A stretch of DNA of 64,000 bases from Bigelowiella natans CCMP2755 (Eukaryota > Protista > Cercozoa), in assembly GCA_000320545.1 (NCBI GenBank), contig ADNK01000774.1:55206-119205 (forward strand), written 5' to 3'. The position numbers and the translations under genes were made by a program. This document shows, piece after piece, positions 1 to 13,429 of the stretch; the stretch's first letter is position 1; each line of letters opens with the position of its first letter. The notes under the pieces are model-generated. The model was not told where the DNA came from, did not search any database, and saw nothing but the letters and a program-made list of their open reading frames with translations.

Positions 1-2156
1 TTGATATGCACAAAGCTCTGGCTAAGGTGGCTTGAATACGAAAGTATGGGACTGTATATTATCAGTCTTAACTTTAAAATTATCAGGAACACAAAATTGC
101 ATCATTTCGAGAGCTACCGACGCTCAGTGTAAAAACAATGGGAAGGTACATACAAAGCACCCCATTTTCTAGATGCTACTTCGCTAATTGCTAACGTACC
201 GCAAAGATTGATGAAAGGCGCCACGAAGAAGTGCGAATGGCTTGATGGACACGTCTCGAGTGTGGGGGTAACTGATCGACTTATAAATTTAAAAATCTGT
301 CTTGCGCTTACTGGGTGCAACTATTTTGATGACATTGCATCAGATGATGGATCCTTCCACTGCCCAAGTAACTCCAAAGGAAATATCAAAATTATTTGCG
401 AAGTGCGGACATCTCAAACTTGCTTTTGCAAAAAAGAGAGACTTAAGAAAATCATTTCGATATCTTACCCGATGTTCTTATATTTAAACAGAATAGCTAC
501 TGAGAATGGCGCCGAAATCATAAAAGCAGCTGTATCAGGAGTTGCACGTGCTGATGGCTGTGTGACTTCCGTGAAACTTGAAAATGGTATATGATAGAAA
601 AAATTTTGTTGTGGTATCATCACCGCATTCTGAAGATTGGGCATTTAAAAGGAAAGGAGATCAAGGGGGACAGTTTCGTATTTTGCATGGGCCCCTGGAC
701 AGTAACAAATAGCATAAATATCAGAAAATGAAGAGACAACAACAACAACAACAATAACAACAACAACAATGATGATGATGATGATATATTCTATTAAGGA
801 CTAATAAAGAAGTCATGGCTATATGTTTCATTCTTGAAAATTATGAAATTAATTAGGTTAAATGTGAGGCTTGGTTCCCCGAATTGAGCGTAATCATGCC
901 CTTTAATAAAATGCTATCGGTTATTCTATAATGCTGCTGCCATTGTTAAAGGTTCCTATGGTCGGGATCTACAGTTCTTCTTTAATATTCAAATATGAGG
1001 TTTTTCGTGATGCAAATCCATGACTGATAATTTTCGTTGATGAAATCATTGGATCATATCTCTGAATATCTGATTTGTGTGTAGGCAGGTACCGTAGCAC
1101 CATTTGCACTGTTTTGTGGAGAAAGCGACGATGGGACACATCTTGAGGTTTTTTTAGAATGCTTTCGACTGCACTGGTGAGATGTTGATGATGATGTCAA
1201 TATCCAGGTGTATCCGAGACCAGAGGGGGATGTCTATGTGTGCGGTTGCGGTGGCAGCAAGCATCTACCTCGTAGAGAAATTGAAAAGCTCAACCCCGAA
1301 CAGGTCGTTACACAAGAAGTAAACAAAAAATGTCTTTGTGTACTAACAGTCCGCTTATTGCAGCTAGCTATAGTATAGAACAAGGTGGAAAGGCATGCCA
1401 TTCCCTCTGCTGTCGTATTGCAGTTAATTCTCCTGCAAGAGCTCTCCAGAAACATTAGCGCTCCATGTGTTGAATTCATGCTGGTGCTATGTGTGGTTCG
1501 TTTTGGTAAAGGTGGTTCCCGATCCCAAACGTGTTGAGGTCGCCACTAAAGCGTTTGCTCGAATGACTCCAACTCTGGGAAAGGTACATAGCATTCCTTC
1601 CCAGGAAGGAAAGGATTGACTGAATTACAAATAGTCTTTGTTGCGAGTATGAAACGAGTAGCTTTGATTCCGCGTCTAACACACTAGGACAATGCGGACG
1701 TGACACAGGCATGCATGAGGCCTTGCACAGACGATGGAATGCCAATGATGGTGAGCTTCTTCTCGTAATAGTGTGCGTTAATACGCAACTAAAGCTGAAT
1801 ATAGCTCACGATCATTTGATGGACGCAACAGGGAATCATTCCTGGTGAGAAGAACTGTTTTGTCGCCACTGGGCACAACTGTTGGGGCATTTTGTGGGGA
1901 CCCGTTACAGGTAGAATATAGATTCGAAGAGGGGGGAAAGAGTGAGAGTAGCAAATTAAGTAGAGATGGGAGAAGAACTTTTTAGTGTGATTCACGGGAG
2001 AAATTTAATACAGGCCTAGCCATGTCCGAGCTTGTTCTCAAAGGGAAAAGTTCAACTATAGATTTGAGTCCCTTTTCACCAGCAAGATTTCAGAAACGCA
2101 AAATCCGTCGTTCGCGTCAGATGGGTGACGGAGAAACAGTTGGTGAAGATTGGTGA
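1..2156 (+). CDS. FAD-dependent oxidoreductase, DAO family (TDA3-like); multi-exon, 5' end outside window
   Basis: Spliced exons give STAQVTP, VFCMGPWT, IQVYPRPEGDVYVCGCGG, QACMRPCTDDGMPMMG, ATGHNCWGILWGPVTG and DLSPFSPARF, ending at TGA 2154-2156. These match TDA3-like oxidoreductase motifs (EVYPRP..EVYICG, GHSCWGIL.GP.TG). Confidence 0.85.
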
Positions 2157-2790
2157 TAATCTGCAGGCCCGTGACAATACATATAGCATGATCTTCATAA
2201 TAGCAGCATGTACATCAAGACATTATGCATTACAGTTCGGCACAAAATATAAATTTATTTGTAATATTACGTCTACGCATTTGCACAGCGTATATTTCTA
2301 TACATAGCCGGCTAGAATCTAATTATTGTTTCGCAGCAAGCTCCTCCAGCTACATTTAGCGTTGCGGCTCATATCAGTCGCGCTATCCGCGTTAATGAGT
2401 TGCTTAGTACTCTGTCTCTATAATGCTTGCGCTAATGGGACGTCACATTGGTTATCTACTGCATCAAAGTAGTATGCATATATGTGCATGGTGTACACAT
2501 GCTATGACACTCATGCGCATTGTGCATGTCGCATGCACAGCTAAGTGCGTAGTTGCGCCATGATGTTTAGATGTACGTACCCGGGCGCCCGGGCGCCTCA
2601 TATCCTCTGCTGTTGTGATGTTTATAATTTAATATGATATTTGCTCTCCTTACGGGTCAAATGTCAAGCTGATGACGTTGACATTAACGACACCACAGAA
2701 AGCTAAATACATTGCAACAACACAAGTGACTAGATCCGAGGTTCCTGGTCTGCCGGCAGAAGCTACCTCCTTTTTGATCAAAGCCCTCTT

Positions 2791-4729
2791 CTATTTCTTC
2801 TTTCCATCTTTTTTCTTCCCCGCAGGCTTATTGTTCTTCAACCACCACGCTTTGTACATCTCATGGAGAAGAGTTGCGGCTTCTCGTTGGACCCTCTTCC
2901 TCTTTATCGTGGCTTGGCGTTCAGAAAAATACTTCAGTCTTTCTGCCTCTATTGCTTCTTCTTCTCTTCTCCGCTCATCCAAGAATTCAACCTAAACCAA
3001 AAAAACAGAGCAATGTCAAGCTTTTATAACTTCCGTCTTCATTGCACTGGAGTACCATTTTTTTCTTCTCGGCCAGTTCGTCGTCGTGCACGGCCTTAAG
3101 CTCAACCATTTTCGAATAAAGATCGTATATTTCAGAATCATACTTATTCATCAAGTCCTCCAGTGCTGCTTCTCTTTTATATTTTCTATTGTGTTCCTTC
3201 CGTTCATTGGTGAAGTTTGTGTCAGATTTGTCTTCGAACTGGCAAAATAAAAATGCAAATCAGAATTGAAAGATGGAAGGTAGGAATTCTAAAATGTATT
3301 CTATAATGAGGCTATCTGCAAAGCTGATGCTAACTAAAAATAAACATATGCTACAAGTATTAAATATCAGTTTAGACTTTTTAGACCTCGGCTTGAAGTT
3401 TAGTCAATTCCTCTTTTTTCTTCGCCATTTCATCATTGAAATGCTTGTTCCTAGCTTCTTCTTCGGCCTACATATATCTTACTATGAGTATTTTGCACTA
3501 AAATTTTAATTCATCCCGGTTACTGCGTCTCAGGTTTTTACTACCTTCCACTTCTTCATATTCTCTGTATACACTCTTTGTGATTCATCCCCAACTCGTT
3601 TTATGTCCCTACGTAATCTTGCTATCTTAGCGTCCAGGGCACTAATAGTGCCAGAATTTTCCTATAATATAATGTTGTTAGAGCATCGTCGCTCCAATTA
3701 CTACCCAAATTCAATAGAAAACCTTCCTCTCAATATCGAGCTGTTCCTTCAGGGATCGAAATTTCCCTGAATCGTCTTTCTCCTGTACTATCAACTCATC
3801 CAGCTTTCCTTGCATCGTGTTCTAGTAAGTAAAATAACTCGATCAAAATGTATCCCTGCATCACCAAAGTGTCCGAACACGAGTAATAATTAATACCTCT
3901 TCTTCGGATGTCATTTGGAGCTTATGTTGCATAAGTTCGTATAATTCTGCAATGACACCCAAAAATTCATTTGTAGCTCGATTGTTCTGCCCTCTCAATT
4001 TTCGAACGGCCTTAACGAGATGCGGATCTTCGGACACGGCATCTGTAAGAATACGAGCGACGTTTTTGGCACAAACTGTGACATTTTCCTCGAGCTCCTC
4101 TATGTCTTCTTCGTCCTCCTGGAATGAGTATCAAGCTAAATCAGACTATTTACTGGATTCATTTATTGACTTGCAACCTCCTCTTCTATAGCTTCTTTCA
4201 GTTCCGAGAGATAGGCAAAGTAGTCCTGGGATACTTAAAAAGTCAGTAAATGTTTCAGATACGTGAATGTTTCTGCGAGACCTGGAAATCGTCTTCAACT
4301 TCACCGCTGAGTTCAATATTGGCCGTTGTTATTTCAGGAGATATTTGATTTAGGAAGTTCAGCTTCTCGTACAACTGCTTAATAATTTTTAAGATCCATT
4401 CGATCTCTACAATCCCTTGCATACTCGAGCTACCGTTACTGTGTAGGGGAACAAGAAACGTCACTCTCGTTATAAGTGAACTAGAGCAATTTTAAAAATT
4501 CAGAGAACGGTAACAAGAGGAAAATTAGGAAGCATAATACATCTCTTCTCAAAATAAGAAAACAAAGATTCCTTTACTCATACTTATTGATCGAGGGAAG
4601 CTTTAAGGTCACAGGGCGCTTTGACTCTTTTTTCTTTATCCCAGTTTTCCCACCAGCGCTGGAACCCCTTTCCGCTGGCCTCTCCCCGGTTAAGGGAGTT
4701 TGTATGCGTGGAAGCAAGGTAGTGGACAT
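2791..4729 (-). CDS. DRC10: Dynein regulatory complex subunit 10 / IQCD-like coiled-coil protein; multi-exon
   Basis: Exons read IEWILKIIKQLYEKLNFLNQI, CAKNVARIL...FLGVIAELYELMQHKLQMTSEEE, ERKEHNRKYKREAALEDLMNKYDSEI, and a C-terminal IQ-like REAATLLHEMYKAWW followed by a GKKKDGKKK tail. This is colinear with IQCD/DRC10 as recalled. Probable ATG at 4727-4729. Confidence 0.72.
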
Positions 4730-5045
4730 GAAGTTTGCCTCTTCCCCTTCCGTAGGTAATGCTTTTCTCTACTCGAATAGCTGTTGGGGGTCCAGAGGAC
4801 TATGCAAACGTTTCGCCATTCAAAGATCAAATTTTGAGCATATCTGAAAGATTTGGGCTATGAGATGAGTAGGGTTATTTATTGGAGACATCTATAAGTT
4901 TAAGACTGTATACAAAAATGCAGGTCGTTTTTTCCATCGACCAGAAACGGGTCCTTCAGCTTGAGACTTGTTCGTTATTGATGCTGCCGGTGAGTCAAAA
5001 CCACCTTTATCTCGTGACTGCGACAACGATAGATCGCATGAGGTA

Positions 5046-5567
5046 GTGCTCGTGTTTCAATGTGTGCGACAGCTCACAAATTGCAACATGAGCAAAAAAT
5101 CAAACAAGAAAGTGGTCGGTTCGACTTTTTGAGACGGACGTTCCTCATTCATCCATTTCAATCTTGTCAGGGGAGGGCGTGGATGAATTGGCACGTCCGA
5201 TGATCCTTTCAACTCAAGCATTGAAAAGGCTTCATTCGTTCACTCGTTCATTCAACCGCACCGTTTCTTTCCTTCTGTCACTTCTCAGCCTTGCACGAAA
5301 CACTTCTTCTTGTCATTGTTCTTCTTGTTGTTGAGCAAGACCTCTCGTGGTGAAATGCTGATGGTCTTCTCCTTTTTCTGCCCGAGGATTCTTCCTTGCA
5401 AATCCAAGTTGTGAAAACTTCCATGCATCACCTTGACCGCGACTGATCGACACCATCTAGCCATGCTAGCATGATGGGACAACCTCACTAGCTCATCAGA
5501 ACACAAACATTGAGTGCGTGTCTGCGATGTGATGTGACAGTGCGATGACAACAAAATTCATCTGCGA

Positions 5568-5607
<40 letters not shown>

Positions 5608-5677
5608 ATGTGTGCAGACTTGTGTCTCCATGCGTGCATGCGCCCAATGAACATCTCCAGAACACGCAGAACTGCAC

Positions 5678-5716
<39 letters not shown>

Positions 5717-5970
5717 TCACGTTGAAAATTGCCATCAATGGCATTGTCGTGAAAGCCACGTGCCCATCGAGCTCACTCGAATCCTGTGGGACACAAGCAC
5801 ATGCATGCATGTGACTGCAACTGCACGCCTCGAGCAAAATTCATGTGCTGACATGGCTTGCACACCTTGCTTCATGTGCACAAGGCGCATCGCACCGGCA
5901 ACAAAGGCCCTGTCTGGCCTGCTAGCTGTCGTTGATCTTTTGGATTCCTTTCTGTTGCGCACGCCACATC
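5046..5970. other. TpA-void block, possibly a hypermutated gene or repeat relic
   Basis: A manual scan finds TA only four times in ~925 nt (about 5458, 5467, 5489, 5923), always within CTAG. The block is rich in CA/TG and holds two (CA)n tracts. Confidence 0.8.
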
Positions 5971-6428
5971 ATGCTACGATGCAATCGACATCGTCTAGAT
6001 CGTGTTGGCGGCACGCATGCCGAGTCATTCTAGCATTGTGCACACGTTTATTGTCGACATTGAAAGTGCAAAAAACACACAAACTAGCACAGCTTGCATG
6101 CCACTCCTACGCAGATACCGCGTATCGTAGTGTGTGATGTCGAAGGCTGGTGTTGTGCGATGCAGCACGTTCCATAGGCAGTTGCCAGGCACATACAGCA
6201 AAATTATATTACCTACATGTTGCGTTGGACATGACCTGCGAATTGCGTGCCAAGATTTTGTTAAATTTTTTTAACGCATTATGCACAGTTCTATTTCGAG
6301 TCTTGTTGATGCAGTTCCATCCATGTGATTTCGCGTCTTATCCTAAAATTGATCAAAGATACTTTATAACTCATTCCTCTCAACACAATATATCTTCGGC
6401 AAAGATGTTCTCTAAACAACATACTTGT

Positions 6429-8477
6429 TCACTGCTCCTCCGAAAGAAAGAGTCGCCGTATCTGAATTTGATGCATTTTAATTTGGCTGGAAGGCTTAAT
6501 ATAAATTACAAGTACACCTGTCGATGATCTATTTGCAGGTGTATACTCGATAAAGTAAGCGTAGTTTTCGAGAGGATCACCTACAAAATAAGATAGGAGG
6601 GGTGATGGCGAGTCTGGTGATAGACGAAGACAATTCCAGCTGCTGCAAACCTGCTGGCTCGATAATTTCTATGGCTTTCAAAGCAAGATGTTCATTACAC
6701 TCATGTAAAACGTGTAGACGACAACAACTAAATATTGCTCGTTGTAGATACCTCTGTTCGAATAGGGTTTTTTCTTTGCTTCTCTTGCCTTTCTTCTTTC
6801 CTGTAATATCATACAAAAGAAGGTTTGCAGCGAAAGATCGATTTCTGAGTGATACGCATTTTGCCTACCTTGCGTTCTTTTTGCCTCATCTTTCGAGCAT
6901 GTTTCACTCTCTTATGGACGTTTTCTTCATCGATCTGTGCAAAAGGAAGGAAGCAATCCATCACGAACAACACTCTCATTCGGTAGTAAGTAAAATGTTG
7001 ATGTACACGCTTAAATCAATGGTCATTTGTCACTGGCCGCTAAATCTTCTTTACTACTAATCTGTTGTGGCATCGTGCGTGCCTTTTGATGCCAATCCTT
7101 CAGCCGCTTCTCATGCCATTTCACATACGAAATCCTGAAGCAAATTGTTGTCGTAGTTGTCACGATCAATCGAGAGAAAAACAAGCTCTTTTATGATATT
7201 TCTCATGATGATGATGATGATGATGATGATGATATATGGGGGTCATTGTTTTCTCGTTTAGCTTACGTATTGTTGACGCCATCTGTGGTCTCTCTCACAG
7301 GTGAATCCTCCTGTGTCGAATTAACAAATACATATGAATATTTGAAAGGAGTGTGGCTTTTTATCAGATAATGAGAGCTTGTTGCGGGAAACGTCATCAT
7401 TACGCTAGATTTAAAGATTTCTTCCATGTCCTCCGCGGTTTTGCCTGATACAGTCGTGGTCGTCAGTGGACAATATCAACCAGGAACGAATGCCAACTCC
7501 AATAGCCGCATCAGCATGCTTCAACATTGTGTATCATAGCTACAAAAGCAGTATATCACTACCGAAGAGGGGCTTGTCCCGCATCCAGTCACGTCTCTGC
7601 CTGCTCCATGCACGTATTGTTCACATTTGGGTTGTTGTGGTCGCAGCATCTTAGACACATGTATCTCATGGATGCACATTATGTACGTATTGTGCGAACC
7701 TCTGCCGCTGTTCTTTATCTCCAGTCCATCTCTCCCGCAGATTTCTAAACGGATAGTTTCGAGTCAAATTATTCATATAGCCGCTTAGGTTTTGAATCTA
7801 AACTATAAAGCATCACAACGATTATCACAACAGCAAATGCAATAACAAGGAAGACACATACACAACAAGTTATACTATCAATAATAATTGTGGTACTTTG
7901 GCCTCTTCAAGTTCGGCACGACTTCTTCCATTAAAGGCACAACTGCTCCAATGAAAGGATAAATCGTCAGATGAGTATGGTAATGGCATGGTAGCATCCC
8001 TGTGAGACTGTATTGTTATTTCCACTACTACCGTCATCATCGCTGCTTTCGGGCTCTTTAGCAATTTGGAAGTTGGGTACCTTTGGCAGTGAAGTATAAG
8101 TTTTGTTTCTGGGGATAGGGGTGGGGGGGGGAAGATCTTTCCTAGATTTGTGGATGATGCATAAGATTTTGACTGCTGACTACACGTACAATGAGAGTGC
8201 CATTCTCAGTAAGCTGCCTGCAAAGAACCTGCACAGACACAGAAACACATAAGCCTGAAGCTGCGTTCTTCCCTCATTGTCATCACATCGAGGAGATAGA
8301 AAGAGCATCTGGCTACAGCACACTCGTACTTCAGAAATATGGTGAGCAAGTGTTGTTTTTGCCTTCCTTGAAATAGTGATAACATATCGATTACTATATC
8401 CGTATATATGTGAGTGTGCAAGTAGACGAAAATAGTGCTGGTACCAATTCCCAGCTGTAAGTCGCATCCTCATCTGA

Positions 8478-8522
<45 letters not shown>

Positions 8523-9010
8523 AGTAATTTAATGAAAAACAAAAAAGACTTGTCTTCTTCATTCCACAGTACTTCACGCTTGCTACTACATTGAAGCAAA
8601 AGTGGGCCACATCGCACGCACTAAACATATTAAATGCTTTAATAGTGTGTGCACTGCCTACTAATATCTTCCTTTTCTTCGTTCCCTACCTGGTTGCTCA
8701 GTCACATAGATGGCATCGTATTTGGTTTCCTGTTGTATAATTATTTATTATCGACGCAAGAATGCTATGCGTGCACTACTCAATAACAATTAACATTGAA
8801 AAGAGTAGACTTTAGCACTTGTAGATGGGGAAAGAAGAAGAAGAAGAAGAAAAAGAAGAAGAATACCACAAAAAGACACATAGGCATATTGCATCGTCAT
8901 CAGCAAAGAAAAAGCAGCACCTCCTCCTGTTGCCCCCTCCTCATCTCCTGCTGGATTCCCATATGAGGCTCGTCCACCAAATGCATCCGAACGACCTGCG
9001 GACAGCGACA

Positions 9011-9046
<36 letters not shown>

Positions 9047-9360
9047 CGTGAGATGGTGACGATGAAGACGATGACAGGTAGAGTATGCAAGCGTCCCTCA
9101 AATATACGAAGAGGATTACCAGATGACGAAAGAAAAGAGAGAAAAAGAAGAGAAAGGGAGAGAGGGGGGAGAGAGAGGGGGGGGGGAGGGGGGGGGGCGG
9201 CGGGGGGAAGTGGCAGCGTGGCACGGTAAGGTTACTACTACTACTACTACCCGATCTTCAATGAGAAATTCGTGGTTTTTCCGAATATTGTACCTTTGTA
9301 ATATATCACACGCAATCAATGTTTCTCTGCTCATAATAAAAACAATAATGAGCTGCTAGA

Positions 9361-9393
<33 letters not shown>

Positions 9394-9679
9394 TTAAATC
9401 AAATAGAGCTGCTGCTGTCTCTCTGTTGTATCTAACCAAGTAGCTAACTGCCGCTGCTAGTACTGCTGCTGTTGCGTGCACTTACTCCGCACTAACTAGG
9501 GAGGATTTGTCGCGTTCCGTGATATCTACATGCCCTCCCTCACTTTCAGAGCGAACCTGAGAGGAAGATCATGAGTTCCATAATACGAATTCAATCGGTT
9601 GTGGTATGCGTGCGTGTGTGTGCGTGTGTGTGTGTGGCGTGCGTGACTTTGCTGTGATCATTTGGCACGAGAGATCAAT

Positions 9680-9714
<35 letters not shown>

Positions 9715-12198
9715 TGAGTAGAAGTACTAAACTCACCATTCTTGCCATGATGCATGCTAGATATCCTGACCCAGCCCCCACAATCAACACCTTTCCACCT
9801 GGTTGCAAAGCACCCTACCAAGATTTGCAAGACACAACGACGATGACGACATGCTGATGATAACGATGACCGTGGCCATGATGATTGGTATGATCATAGC
9901 TCACCCGTATCCTTTCCAGAGCCTCAAAGTGAAACCTTAGGTATTGTTCATTTTCCGATCAAACGAATAAGCAGCAGCGTTTTTCTATCCCAAATTTGTT
10001 CATGCAAATCTCATTGCTGTCAGGTCACATCTTAGATTTGCATCTTTGCAATGAACTCGATCCCAAAAAATCGACAATTCCTCCCATAGCACACACACAC
10101 GCGCGCGCGGGGGGGGGGGGCGCGCACACACCATATGATTGCGTCGGAAACGAAGTGGAGAAAATACTTCAAAAATAAAGAGCACTACTTCTAGCTTAGA
10201 GTATTGTCTCTCATTCTCCGCCCCCCCCTCCCCGCCTACTTCTATTATCTCTTTCAATGTACCAAGGAGAGGAAAGGATGGGCCCTACCCCAAATATAGT
10301 TCCTGAAATAAATATGAAGCGACAACGGAGCGGTGCCAATCATATCAATCCAACGGGCATATATGTGAAATGGTCGTGATTCAAATCAATGCCGAATAGC
10401 ATATAATTGGGAAACGATAAGTAGAAGATGGTGACGATGATATTGACGATGGAATGGACAGAACAACACTACCTAGGTTCGAGTAGGAGTGCACAGGAGA
10501 GAACGAAAAGTCTTTTCTGTCAACAGCGATAAAGTTCTTGCGAATCTGTTGTGATGATGGGAGAGACAAAGAAAAAGAGTCATCAGTGAGAAAATGACGA
10601 AGAACTGATTTCGATGAAGAAAAAGAAAAAGAAAGGTGGTGGCAGTGGATATCGTTTCAAGTATTATTATTATTATTATTATTAACACAAATGGACCTTT
10701 TGCGTCTCTATACGCCCTAATGCTTGAATGTGAGCCACCATATCGTCCATACTATGGAACATTCTATCACAATATATGTTCTTCTTCCATCAGCTGATGA
10801 TATTTTTCTCATTATGCTCGAAGGATCTATGTGAACATATATGGCATCTATTTTAGAGCAAGAGCGAAAATATGACCTGGGCGCAGTTCCAGTGACATTT
10901 TGCAAAGAGATTTCCTCTAACCAGGAGAAATAATAAATATCAATTAAAACATACCAACACATCAGCGAGAATGATAAAGAAAGAATACAAGACTTGGCAG
11001 ACGAAGTTACCCAGTATTGCACGTGAAGCGTTTTTGCTGATTCCTTCTTCTACTTTCTCAAATGGTTTCTGCAGGAATGGAGGACGACCAAAACACCTTA
11101 AATTTGCTGCCTCCGTTTTACACGCAAGATTAACTTTCTTACCAACAAGTTTTGCTCCATGAGGTCCCATTTCTCCAAGTTTTCTGCTTTCATCTTTCTG
11201 TATTCATTAATTTCCTACCAAAAATTGCAGTCTTCATGGATCTACTCATCATCTTCCATCAATCATCCGGTAGTAGCATTTCCATGTTATTCCCCTCATA
11301 ATCTACTTTATCCAGTTAGATAACACTACCCAATCGTCCGAGTAGTTTCCCCATTTTGCGAGAAATTTTCTCCTCACGTTTTGCATTTGGTCATCTCTTT
11401 TCATAGTGAAGAAAAAGTGTTTCTCAGTGACAGCAAGAAATGAAATGATGTTAATTAGGAGTGTGTTACGTGATGTTCTTGAGCTCGGAGCTCTTTGATG
11501 GATCTGTTGGGGTGCATGGTACCGCATTCAAATATAAGTCAACGGTGAGTGTGTAGTTCAAAGCTTATGCCTTACCTAACCAAGCTTCATTTTCAAGGAA
11601 ATTCGTCTCCAATTCGTACTCTAAAGGATCGAGCATATTACGCACGAAGGAGGATAATGGTTCACCGATGTCATCAAAGTCATTCAAGGCCCGCTCGGTT
11701 GTTGATCATGTGAATCGAGGCAACGTTCATTCTTCAAAAAATATATGTATATTAAGGCTAGAGAAGTGGCTGTTATTGTAATCCTCCTCACCGCGAAGAA
11801 TACACATAATCCTAGCTTCTTTCTGCGATTCAAAATTGGTATTAGTCTGCATAAATAGTACCTTTTCTCAACACTTCATTTTCATTGGGAAGGTACGAAG
11901 GAAAGTACGAAGAGGTGTATCCGCCTCGAAGAATACTGAGAAAAACAAGAGACTTTGGGTGTTGTTGCTTGAGGCTGCTTTGGGTCCTAGAGCCGTCCAT
12001 AGTCTGTGAAGATGGCAGCACCCTCTTCACTACCAACAGAAGTTGCACAAAGGACATCAAAGCGAGGAAGAGCCTTCTCCTTCTTCTTCTCGTGTCCTGC
12101 ATCATTTTCCTGTGCAACGTTTGGAATCCCCCCCCATATTCTTCCCCAGACGTATACATTGCCCCGGTCCCCGCTCCTCGCTGGAGCGACGACCCCAA
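6429..12198 (-). CDS. Divergent protein-L-isoaspartate O-methyltransferase (PIMT/PCMT)-family protein with long N- and C-terminal extensions; many exons, 3' end uncertain
   Basis: Exons between ~10770 and ~8180 read SMDDMVAHIQALGRIETQK, IRKNFIAVDRKDF, ILSSPWFHFEALERI, LQPGGKVLIVGAGSGYLACIMARM, HVDITERD, KYDAIYV and LCRQLTENGTLI. This is the PIMT motif order (DRxxF, ISAPHMH, motif I, YDAI, QLxxGGxL). The N-terminal exon has a hydrophobic stretch and LRGG. Confidence 0.68.
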
Positions 12199-12557
12199 GG
12201 AGCTCTTTGCCTCCCCTCGTTAGTCAGTCGTCGGAAGACACAAATTAGCAGCAGCCTACAAGAAGTAGTATAAGTCAAGAAGTTACGCAGGATTTGACCA
12301 TATAAAGTATTTAAATGTAATATAAGGTGACACCATGAAACTGTGTTCGACGTTTGATGCATTCCACCCGTTTGTCACATCGGAGAATCAACCTCGAAAA
12401 ACTGCATTCGGCATCCACCGTTCATGCTTCCTGCTTGCGATAGATTCTAGTCGTTGTGTATAGAAGTTCTCGGGTAAGAATTTGAGCTCTTTTCGACGAT
12501 CTCGGAGGTATCAAAAACCGAAGCCGATCCCGCGAAAAAAATGCGGTCAAAATATTT

Positions 12558-12620
12558 GGAATTCTTACTGTGGAAATCCTATAGGAAATCCTACTAGGAA
12601 ATCCTACTGAAATCCCACCC
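12558..12620. promoter_or_regulatory. Tandem GGAAATCCTAC-like motif array in the divergent PIMT-like/HDAC promoter
   Basis: Copies: ggaattcttact (12558), ggaaatcctata (12572), ggaaatcctact (12584), ggaaatcctact (12597), gaaatccc (12609). The repeat is directly visible; a regulatory role is inferred. Confidence 0.4.
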
Positions 12621-12739
12621 TATTATCTCTTCGGATTTAGACATCACTGACATCACCGACAACCCTACATGAAATGCCCTGAAATATCCACCTACGACAT
12701 GGAATTCCGTAATTGCGCAAAATTAAATTCGAGTTCACA

Positions 12740-13387
12740 ATGGAGCCCAAGGTGTCCCGCTAGTGTTGGGAAAATAGCCACGCCAGTGGTTCATGGGAGG
12801 ATTTTTCCGGGGATAATGTGATTTGATTGATTTCTTAAAAAATATTTACTGGTTTATGTTCCAGAAACGGCCTTTTGAGGAAGGTGGTGGCCAAGAGCAT
12901 GGCCAAGACGAGAGCTCAAAGGTTGGCTACATTTCGCATACTTTACACATAGTGTGCTTGATCTTTCAAAAATATCAGCAATTTTCCCGCCTGATACGCA
13001 GTGAAATTTTTGCAATGATCAACCTCTATTCCATGATCTCCCGTCAGCCGATATTGAGAAGTGGCAGTTCCATCATCTATCTGCTATGCGATGTGCACGT
13101 ACATTTAATAATCCCACCGTGCTTTCAGAAACGTCAACGGACTGATGGAGCAACACAACTTGACAAGGTTATTAGCATAGATACCACCATTTAGCGACCT
13201 GTATGTACACTGTAATATTGACGTTGATTATCTTGACAGGGAGAGCAAGGCACAAAAGATGATCATATGGCTGTTAAGAGAGAAGAAGAACGCGGAAAAC
13301 AAACCGATGAGGACGTAAAAGACACGAAAGCGAAAATTGAAAGTATAGAAGGTAATACATAGACGAGTTGCCGATGATACCCGTTGC

Positions 13388-13429
<42 letters not shown>

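Noticed and set aside
2580-2593. Perfect 14-bp GC palindrome CCCGGGCGCCCGGG
   Set aside because: It occurs once, can be explained by an 8-nt tandem duplication, and has no other support for function.
5285-5554. VAVKVM in a minus-strand ORF suggesting a protein kinase
   Set aside because: There is no Gly-rich loop, HRD or DFG nearby. Open frames are also expected here because loss of TA removes TAA and most TAG stops.
5496-6137. Several overlapping 75-175 aa ORFs rich in HT/CV
   Set aside because: They are artefacts of (CA)n tracts and stop-codon depletion, with no recognisable domain.
12558-12620. Short direct repeats as a CRISPR-like array
   Set aside because: The units are 12-13 nt with no spacers, the context is eukaryotic, and there are no cas genes.
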